The position numbers and the translations under genes were made by a program. Shown here in pieces: positions 54,801 to 64,000 of a stretch of DNA of 64,000 nucleotides. Where the stretch lies: NCBI GenBank assembly GCA_964234715.1, contig OZ174278.1; one strand, given 5' to 3'. A model generated the notes under the pieces. It saw nothing but the letters and a program-made list of their open reading frames with translations. It made no database searches and was not told the origin of the DNA. Source of the stretch: Podarcis melisellensis. Lineage: Eukaryota. Numbering within the stretch: position 1 is the first letter of the stretch; every line of letters starts with the position of its first letter.

Positions 54801-57800
54801 GGATCAGGGGCTAAGGAGGTGCTTATTACTTTGTTACATATATATATATATGATGCTCTCCCAGCCGCCCACCTTTTATTCCCCCCTTTCTTTTCTTGCT
54901 AACATGGCTCCCAAAATGGCTTAGAATCACAAGATGGCTGTATGTGTGTTGTGGGGAGAGAAGGAAGAAGGGTGATTTTTGTAGCTTGCTGTTTTGGCTT
55001 TTCCTACTCTGTGGTTCTTTGTAGCTGTCATAAGTGAAATGTCAGTCTATGCACAGCATTGTGAGCCTAGGGCTTGCTGATCAGAAGGTCGGCAGTTAGA
55101 ATCCCCGCAACGGGGTGAGCTCCCGTTGCTCGGTCCCACCTCCTGCCAACCTAGCACTTTGAAAGCACTGCAAGTAGATAAATAGGCACCGCTCCGGCAG
55201 GAAGGTAAACAGTATTTCCGTGCGCTGCTCTGGTTCGCCAGAAGCTTAGTCATGCTGGCCACATGACCCGGGAGCTGTCTGTAGACAAACGCTGGCTCCC
55301 TCAGCCTATAGAGCGAGATGAGTTCCGCAACCCCAGAGTCATCCGCGACTGGACCTAATGGTCAGGGGTACCTTTACCTTTATTCTTATATATACGTGTA
55401 CAAGGGCTGCTCCCATCCAAACTGGACTACAATCTTATGCATGGTTAGCTGGAAATACTCAACTGAATAAGATGCAAATGCTCCACCAAATAAGGTGGAA
55501 CTTACTTCCTAGCAAGCATGAGTAGAATTGCAGTGGCACCCTGGATTTAATGTTCCGGGAGAAGGGAGTTGAATCATTGAATTGTAAAGTTGAAAGAAAT
55601 GCTGAGGATCAACAAGTCCAATGGGTGCAATGCAGGAATCTCATCTAAAGCTTCCATGACAGATGGCCATCCAACCTCTGCTTAAAAACCTCCAAGGAAA
55701 GCGGGTGCACCATCTTCCAAGAGAGTCTGTTCCACTTTTGAACAGCTCTAACCACCAGAAAGTTCTTCCTGGTGCTTAGTTGGAATCGCCTTTCTTTAGC
55801 TGGAATCCTCTTCCTCTCAGGAACTGGCAGTGATGCAGGCAGATGAGCAGTGTTGCACTATGTGTGCCGCTCCACCAACTGCTATTGCTCATAAGGGGGG
55901 GAGGCTATTTTATTTGCATAAATTCAATTTATAGCAAGCAAGAGAGGAACTGCTATCAGTAGTTTTTACAAACAAGAAAATATAACCAGCTGCTATTAAC
56001 TTTGTTGTCAGTTAAATTCTTGTTTATATTCCCATTAAATTTAAATTTAATTATTAAAAATAGACAAAGCTATTTACATAATTGTTTAATAGCAGATGGT
56101 TTTGTTTTCTTTCATCATACCATACAGAGTGATTCTCTGAAGTCCACATGAAGACAAAAACACAGGAAAAAGTCACAATTGCTCTCAGTAAGGGAGCACT
56201 TGCACGCATCTTGCTATAGATTTCACATCACCCCAAAGAGGAGTTGTGGTTTTGTCAAATCCTAAATCTTGAATGCATTGCATTGTAATTAGGGTTCCCC
56301 ACTACAAACCAAGCTTTGATGCAGATTGGGATCAATCTTCTCCTTGTCCACCCACCTGTGTTTGCTTGAGTGAAATCATGCTTTGCTACCCACGAGTTGC
56401 ATGTGTCCCATCTTCAACATCACCAGACACCTACATAAGGTGCATAATGGGCTGGCATCACATGGTTGTTTTCCACATTGTAAGTTGTGTATCATTTCAG
56501 GCCACATGTGTTTAAACGTATCCTTTTATGTGTATACATTCAAATGTTATGTTTGTGTGTGGCTGCCAAGTGGATCAGATGTAAAGTGGAGCTGCACATA
56601 TTTGTTCCCACCACCACCGTGCATAAACAGAACAACAGGAAAAGCAATGTCCACGCTGTTTCTTTGGTACATGGTTCATGTTTCCAGTTTGGTAATAAAG
56701 GCACAGATAGCAATATAAATATATATATTATCAGTCTTATCATGGGTTGCATCCTCGTTCATACCATATTTATGTGAATCTATTGCGCACCTCAATTTTT
56801 GAAACCTTGAAACCAAAAAAGGATTTGCTGGCGCCATCAAATCTAATGTGCTCCCTAATTTTCGTGAAGTGATTTGGCAAAAAAACGTGCAGATTACATT
56901 CAAGTAAATATGGTATTTTATAACTCTGAACTTTAAATCACTGAATTTCTGAAAATATTTATTGGCTTTCTTCAGAAAGTGTTTCTAGCTGCTGTTGTTG
57001 CTGGTTTTGAAATGGTATCGTAATGCGGCAATCCTAAATTTATCTGCTCAGAAAAAAGTCCCACTGTATTCAATGAGATTTTCTCGCAAGTAAGTGTGAG
57101 AACATTCCATATAAACCAGGCTAGACTCCTTTTCACAGTGGAATGATCATTTTTAAAACTCATGATAAATATATGAGTTTAAGTATAATATCATTGGCTT
57201 TAACTTCTTTCCTTGTTCATATTGGCACAAAGGGTCAGAAAATATTTTGTCTGTTACAGGTTATTTACAACAAGAAAAGCTTTTAGCCACATGTCGGGCA
57301 TTTATACTAGAAAGCTCAGATTTAAAAGAATACGCAGAGCACTGTACTGGGGAAGGCTTTGTTCCAGCTTGTTTACTGGTGAGTACATATTTGTGAGAAA
57401 GGTGGCTGTACATTTTGATCAGCCCCTGAGCTTTCTACTTTCCAAGATAGTTCTGCATAATGAATATTTCAACTTAAGGTTGATTCAGGTAATAAATGTT
57501 AGGAGCTCAGCCTACACTCGAGTAGGACCCAGGTAGAAACACATGCCTGACTGGCATGTTCCCTCCCTCCTGGTCGATCATTCGGGAGCTTCAAAAGCTT
57601 TCTTCTGCCCAAACATCACAGTGACTGATGCCAACAGACACCAGCACACTTAGGGATCTGCAGAGCCTGCACAGTTCACATGACAGACCCCAGCAACTCA
57701 GCATGTTGGCTAATCTACTTTATTTACATATAAACACACACGGAGCACTGCAACATGGCTCCCTCTCTCTCTAGCATCAGACAGCAAAGAGAAAGAACAA

Positions 57801-60800
57801 AGGACAACAGTCACACTTCACAGAATACAGTAACACAAACATCCTGTCTCTGTCGCTTCCCACTCTGTGGAGTCAAAACATATACCGTCATGTGAAAGAC
57901 AACAGTCCCATAACTGCAAATCATTTATCTAACAATAAATACCCCTCCACTGCATGGTGAGCTTTGGAGTCCACAGGAAAATTGCTTGCTTGAGTCCAAA
58001 TGGCGTCCATAACCATTGTGCTTTGGATAGTCAAGACAGTTCCAGTATGTTGTTGCTGGAAGTTGTGTAGTTGAATGCTGTTCTTTTCCTTTTTTTTCTT
58101 TAGTCTCTCTTTGGGAAAAACTTAATCACCATCCTGAATGAGTATATCACAATGAAATCGAAAGGTAAGAAGGGGTGTTGGGACTGGAAGATACAAGTTA
58201 TAGATTTGGCTATTTTCTCCATTAGTGGGGGGTATATTGTGCAATATGTTTTATTTAGATTTATAATCCACACTCTACTCGGTAACGTCAGGACAGAGTA
58301 CATAAATTATTAAACACAATTATCTTTTTAAATAAAATAAATTCAAGGTGGCTTAAAATTAGTTTAGAATTTAAAAAAAAAGTCACCAATGAAAACAAAA
58401 GAGCAGGAGCAATAGACAAAAAACTTAACACCAGCCAGCCACTCAACAGCAGAAAGAAGGGACCAAGAAACTGCAAAGGAAGAGGAAAAACAAAACTAGC
58501 CCAGTGGGGACTGAGCAGAGTCAGAGCTGAGTGGTTGTTGCTGGGGGAAAGGGGGAATGGAATAGAATATACTTGAAGTTTGCATGGCTGGCTAGAACCC
58601 TTAGCAGAATTTTTCAACAGTGTGACATTTTCTTATATACCCCACTTGTACATCTAGACTCCAAAAATGATCCTCTTTATGCTAAAGCAGCAGCGCCATT
58701 TTTAAAGAAATTAGAATCATGATCTCTTTATTGTGTAGTTTTTCCAGTTGATTCATAGATCAACCATTCCTTTTCACATTTGACACAAGTTTTGTCTGAT
58801 GTGTTTATTTAAAGAAGGAACAAATGATGTTCCAGCAATGATGTCATCTTTATGGAAGAAGTTGGACTACACACTTTCTCAAATCAGGTAATTCGTATTC
58901 AAAGCAAATACTAGTCTGCATGTCACAGGGAACCTTTGTCATCTTATTATAGGGCTACATTCCTCCTATATGCTTACTACGGTTGCATTTTGGTGACGTC
59001 TTGGTGTTTTCGTACTGATTTTATCTCACTGATGCTTGTAAGTTATTAGACGTAGCATGTTGATGTTTTAAAGCTTTGTCTGATCAGGATAATAAAAGTG
59101 GTGCCAAGGAAAGCTCCAGCCGCCTTTTATGGGCTGGGAGCGGACCACAGTGAAAACTGCTGCAGTCAGGTCCGCTCCCAAAGCCCTACCCTGCAGGCCC
59201 AGCCAGATTGGCTGAATTCAAATAGGGGGTTGGTGGGAACTCCTAAAGTGCTTTGTGGTCGGCCCAATGATTTGCAGCTACTGGTTGCACAATGGAATTT
59301 GCACCGGTGGGGGGTATCAACCACCACCCACCCCAAACTCTGTAAGCAGCCACTTCTGCAACCAACCAACCCCAAAGCACATATATAACACTTCCAAAAT
59401 AAAACCAAGCTTATTTACTACAAAAATGTTAATCAGGGTGATGATGTATTTGAAAATTGTTCATCTTGCCATAGAAATATGTTACTGATAACAAAATTTT
59501 AATTATGTTTAATTTTGATCCCCACCCCCCGTTGCTTTAATCCCTAATCTAAATGTCCATGTAACTATTGTCTCACTAGTCCATATGAAGCCAAGTTTCC
59601 CTTACACTTGTATATTGAATTCTAATTTCACTTGGCAATTTGATTGTTGCAGGAGCATGCAGAATTCTGGTGCATTTTGTGCTCATCAACGGGGTATGTA
59701 TCAGAAAACATCAATTTTATGTAATCTGAATTCCCCCCTCTAAAACCTTTAAACTTTTCCCAGTCCAAGAGGAAATCGACTGGAAATCAGTCGAATTCAT
59801 TTCAGTATGACTTGTACATCATAGTATAATTAGAATTGCAATCTTATTGTAATAAGAAATTTTCTGAAATATTTATAGTAGAACTGTTAACATTTGAGAG
59901 TGTAAATGTGATGGATTTGGCCCATAGAGGCAGAGCTTAATATTTTCGTGGTGTATTAAAGCTGGAAATCCTTTATCTTGTATCTCTGAAGTAAGCATTG
60001 AGAGTTTTGTTTTCTTCATCACCCACCCAACAGACTGGCAAGTTCAGCTTGTCACTGTACTAGTTCAGAGTGATTGGAAGTAGGGAAACAACAGTTGTCC
60101 TGATCTGGAAGTGATCCAGGAAAATACCATGTGTTATTTCTGCCGTTTAAATCAGCTCTTGGACTCCATAATCCTGGAATGTGGACAAACTCTTTTCTCT
60201 TGTAGCATGTGTCAACACTCCTGAATCTTGTGTGTGATTCCATAGTAGTGCCAGCAAGCAGCTGGCTGCCTCTTTCAGTAGTTGACACCAAATCTATTTA
60301 GCAACAAAACGAACTGCATTCCTGATTTGGTTCAAAATTACTTCAGGGGTGAAGGAACATTTGGTTTTACTGCAGTGCCACAATTCAGCTCTCAAAGTAG
60401 TAAAGGCACAGCTTAAGAAACTAACAGTCTGTTGAGATGGGCTCCTATCTCCTTTTATGTCTTTTTCTAGGCCGCACAAGAAGTGCAATTGCAGATATGA
60501 AAAAGCAGAGATGTATTCCACAATCACTTCCCTCAAATTCAGGGTCCTCTGTAGCTCACCAGCCAGGACAATTGACCTCTGCTCCAATGGCAGCCACACA
60601 AGTTATTCTTAAACCAACTGTAATCCCAGTTATGGCCCAGACAAGATCAGGTTCTTCATCGGCACCCCAGTTCCAAGTACAAGAAAGCAATATTAACAGT
60701 AAGTTTGAATACTCAATTCTGTGGTCCTTGGGAGGGTGTCCCAGTGGTTGCACAGTTTAGCACAGTGTTAGGGAACCTCACGCTTGACCTCCAGGCCTCC

Positions 60801-63784
60801 CTATCTGGCCTATGGGACTCTCCCCAATCCACACACCATCCTGATCCACAACCCAGCTTCACAGCCTCTTTAGGTGTTTATTCCTGTCTGGAATAGGTCC
60901 TTGAACTCTGCTAATGTCTTTAGTTTATCTAGATGGAAGATAGAGAGGGATGTGTGAGTGTGAAGAAACTAGCTTACTGTACAAAGGAATAAAATTCACA
61001 TGTGTTGCTCCACTTACTTTTGCCTCTGGCCCTGCCCAATACTGAAATGTGGCCACCTGAATGTTGCCCAGAAGGGAACATGGCCTTGAAAATGGCTCCC
61101 CACCTCTGGTTTAGCAGATCTCCCTCCCCACTTTCAGATACCTGTCAGGTGAAGCAGGAGGTTCTGCCTAAAGAGGAGTTCTCCTATCAGTTGCAGAAAC
61201 CTCTGCAACTATTCCTGTCCCAACAATGAAGAAGACAAAAAAGATGTCTTCTGGGGATGAATCGGAGGATACGCATTATCCCTATAAGCTAGCATACTTC
61301 TTTTCTTTTTCGTTGAGACCAGTGGAAAAGAAAACCATTTAAAAACAATACAGCCACCCCACCCCACTTTCTACTCTAGCAGTGTGAACCTGGCAGGGCT
61401 TTGATTTTTTTTTCCTGCTCCTCCACCCTGGGTTGTTCCTCCTTTGCCCCCCAATTGTTACTAGTCCTTTGTTTTCCATTTGTGTATGTTTGTGAGAGAG
61501 TGGTTAGAATGGATATGCTGAAAGAGCCAGGTGAACTGAAAGCAATGAAACTGGCTTTCTGACACTAAACCTGGGAAATGTGTTAGAATCTATAGTTTTC
61601 CCTGAAAACACAACAAAACATCCTCATGACCTGGTTATTTGAGAGATCATCTTATTGATTTTACACCCAGTAGATCACTGTGTTCTTCTACGTGAGAGTT
61701 TCTCCTTGACATTCCTAAAATAACTGAATCCCACTCCACAGTAACCCCTAGCAGGGTTTTCAGTGCAGCTGCTCCTTTGTTGTGTGGAATACCATTGCTG
61801 CTGAGATAAGACAGGCACCCACTGCTTGTACTTGCTGATCAGTTAAATATATTTTTGTTTCAACAAGCTTTTCCACTCAGATGAAAAGGTCTGTCTTAGG
61901 TGTTCATTATCAATAGTTTTAAAACCCATCTTTACTTGTTTTTTGTACTGCTTAAAAAACCTTTTCAGGTATTGTTTCTGTAAATTGCCTTGAAACACAT
62001 GTGGAGGATGAGAAAGAAATAAAATGGGGAAAATATTTTGTTTAAAAAGAGAGAAGAGGGAAATGTCTACCGTATTTCAATTGCCTGTTGTCATTTGTCA
62101 TTGCCTTTCCTATTGGCAACAGAAAATGTTTGGTAGCCTAAAAAATCTTTCTTTTTAAAGCAGGAGACACTGCAAACTTGGTTTCTGCACCCCAAGAACG
62201 GAAGCTTCACTCGAGCATGGTGTCTCCCGGAAAAAGAAAAGGGTAACTGCTAATTTTTGGCTAATGTGCTTTATAATTTATGAATCTTGTTTATGTTTTG
62301 AAGGGCACCTAATCCTCTATTTACAACAGTGTATTCACCCTGCTCCTTTTTACTATTCCCTTCTGTATGAATTCATTTGAAGTCACTTCCCTCATTTCTG
62401 CCCTCAACCACAGGGCTACATAGTTGTGCTCACGTACCTGGGAGTAAGCCCCATTGAACTCAATGGAATGAATAGATAAGATTTACAACATGAGTTGCAG
62501 TAAATTTCCTAAATTTATGCCTTTCTCATTTCTTTAAACTTCTGAAATACTTCAGTGACTTCCAGAAGAAAAAAAGCATTGTATCATCGGGATCACAATT
62601 ATCCAATTGTGATTTACGGGACACTGCAATGGTGGAAGAAGAAAGCTCACCCATGGAAGAAGGAAGTGAACAGCTAGAACTTATAGAGGGTGACCTTCCA
62701 GTAAGCCTTTAAAAAAAAACTGCAGAACAGCATTTACTTTCGTTTTTCTACTCGCCTTTTCTTTCTCCTTCCCCACACCCTTGCAGTTTGTTATTGCAAT
62801 TCCAGCTTCATTTATTGCTATGAAAAATTCAGGTAATAAGGCATTTTTAAAGACTTTCCAGAGTGTGTCCCTTTTTGGTATAGCTTATAATGGTGTTTCT
62901 GGGCCAACTTTTAAATTTAATCCAGAAAGGTTTAGATGTATGACATGTAGTCTCTATGTCTGTACACACATATGAATGTATAAGGGCCAGCCCAAGAGAT
63001 TTTGGCACCTGAGGCAGACACCAAAATTGTACCTCCCTCCTCACCAGAGAAGAAGAGATCAGGGAAGAATTATATCAGGAACAAGGGGTGGAAGAAAGAT
63101 TGACATCGGGATCTGCTGTTCCAGTGGACCCTGCTGCCTGAGGCGGTCACCTTACCTTGCCTCATGGGTAGGCTGGCCCTGAATACATATAATAAATGTG
63201 CATAAAGTATATAATAGTATATAAAGTATAAATAGGACTTAAATCTTGCTTCTCTTAAGATTGGTTTGGAGACGTGAGAGCAATTTAGAATTGGTATACT
63301 AAAAGAATCATAAAGACCCCGAGCATTATCTAGTCCAACTCCCTGCAATGCAGGAATTTTAACTAAAGTATCCATGACAGATAGCCATCCCACCTCTGTT
63401 TAAAAACATTCAGTGAAGGAGGCACCTCTGGATAAGGGGGTGGGGTGTTACTTAATAGTGCTGGTAGAATCAGTTTTTCTTCTTTAGTAATTTTGGACTG
63501 CTTCAAATTTGTTTTCTAGCAAATGATTATTGAAAATGCCAGAGAGAAAATTCTGAGCAACAAATGTCTTCAGGAGAAGCTAGCTGAAAACATTAACAAA
63601 TTCTTGGGCAGGTAAAAGAACCTTCTTGACACCTCCTGTTCCAAATCTGTAAATTATTTTGGAAGCCTGCTAATTATTTGTAACTGTCTGTTCCAGTGAT
63701 GGCAATATTTCTCAGACAGCAAAACAGGCAGACAGTGGCCCAACAATACAAGAGTCCTCAATTGATGAATTCCTTGGTCTTCAG
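54347..63784 (+). CDS. NPAT: NPAT (nuclear protein, coactivator of histone transcription), exons 1-10; continues beyond the window
   Basis: LisH N-terminus MLLPSDVARLVLGYLQQE; later ENAREKILSNKCLQEKLAENINKFL; head-to-head with ATM as in other vertebrates. Confidence 0.97.
55052..55382 (+). mobile_element. Sauria SINE
   Basis: gatcagaaggtcggc..aatcccc head, ggggtgagctcccgttg, gtcatgctggccacatgacc, (ACCTTT)n tail. Confidence 0.88.
55570..55810 (-). mobile_element. CR1 LINE 3' fragment
   Basis: Antisense CR1 3' region (atggccatccaacctctgcttaaaaacctcca...agaaagttcttcct). Confidence 0.75.
56764..56913. mobile_element. Tc2-like MITE
   Basis: TA-CCATATTTA..TGAAT imperfect TIRs-TA. Confidence 0.65.
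57260..57378 (+). CDS. NPAT: NPAT exon 2 (119 bp)
   Basis: GYLQQEKLLATCRAFILESSDLKEYAEHCTGEGFVPACLL. Confidence 0.95.
57497..57934 (-). mobile_element. Solo LTR (438 bp), probably Gypsy-type
   Basis: TGTTAG...CTAACA termini, 5-bp TSD ATAAA, minus-strand AATAAA near 57720. Confidence 0.8.
58104..58164 (+). CDS. NPAT: NPAT exon 3 (61 bp)
   Basis: SLFGKNLITILNEYITMKSK. Confidence 0.95.
58815..58887 (+). CDS. NPAT: NPAT exon 4 (73 bp)
   Basis: VPAMMSSLWKKLDYTLSQIR. Confidence 0.93.
59653..59693 (+). CDS. NPAT: NPAT exon 5 (41 bp)
   Basis: SMQNSGAFCAHQR; AG/GT, phases fit. Confidence 0.88.
60471..60698 (+). CDS. NPAT: NPAT exon 6 (228 bp)
   Basis: RTRSAIADMKKQR...; strong pyrimidine tract, GTAAGT donor. 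Confidence 0.9.
62161..62242 (+). CDS. NPAT: NPAT exon 7 (82 bp; NAGNAG acceptor)
   Basis: QERKLHSSMVSPGKRK. Confidence 0.88.
62556..62700 (+). CDS. NPAT: NPAT exon 8 (145 bp)
   Basis: DFQKKKSIVSSG...EEESSPMEEGSEQLELIEGDLP; phase 2/0 fits. Confidence 0.82.
62982..63181. mobile_element. hAT-type MITE
   Basis: AGGGCCAGCC / GGCTGGCCCTG termini; degenerate 8-bp flanks AATGTATA/AATACATA. Confidence 0.6.
63303..63422 (-). mobile_element. CR1 LINE 3' fragment
   Basis: Similar to 55570-55810. Confidence 0.65.
63520..63611 (+). CDS. NPAT: NPAT exon 9 (92 bp)
   Basis: QMIIENAREKILSNKCLQEKLAENINKFLG. Confidence 0.94.
63697..63784 (+). CDS. NPAT: NPAT exon 10 (88 bp)
   Basis: DGNISQTAKQAD...ESSIDEFLGLQ. 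Confidence 0.92.
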
Positions 63785-64000
63785 GTAAGTTTCCAAGAAC
63801 TAGTGCACACTCATATATAAAATGTATTTGATGCCTGACATGCATTTGTAAGTGAAAAAGCACACCAAATAGTTAAAGAATCAGCCCACATTTCTTCCTT
63901 TAAAGCAGACTGCATTACTTGTCACTCACTTAGCCAAGCTGCAGACCACCAGCTGTGTATGACAGCCATCAGTGCTTGATAAACCACTTTCTTTTGCTGT

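Overview
Eukaryotic (vertebrate) genomic DNA, almost certainly a squamate reptile; Sauria SINE and BovB/RTE copies suggest a lacertid-type lizard. The window holds the conserved head-to-head ATM/NPAT pair. ATM is on the minus strand: 61 coding exons from the ATG at 52177 down to position 48, covering the TAN, HEAT, FAT and PI3K-like kinase regions, with only the last (FATC) exon outside the window. NPAT is on the plus strand: exons 1-10 from the ATG at 54347. A CpG-island bidirectional promoter lies between them. Exon numbers follow the human gene model as I recall it. Introns carry BovB, CR1, L2, Sauria/tRNA SINEs, Tc1/mariner-superfamily and hAT MITEs, a solo LTR and microsatellites. Two features stand out. 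(1) A 1-kb hAT element nested in a BovB tail appears to have captured a CpG-island promoter plus first coding exon of a host gene, resembling EIF3B (Pack-type transduplication). (2) Two divergent, TSD-flanked, polyadenylated retroposon copies carry an unidentified ORF whose C-terminus RDLRASDVR(N/S)PG-stop is conserved almost entirely through synonymous changes. Also noted: a GC-AG ATM intron, in-frame tandem acceptors beside the S1981-equivalent site, uORFs, and a 172-bp fold-back next to the promoter.
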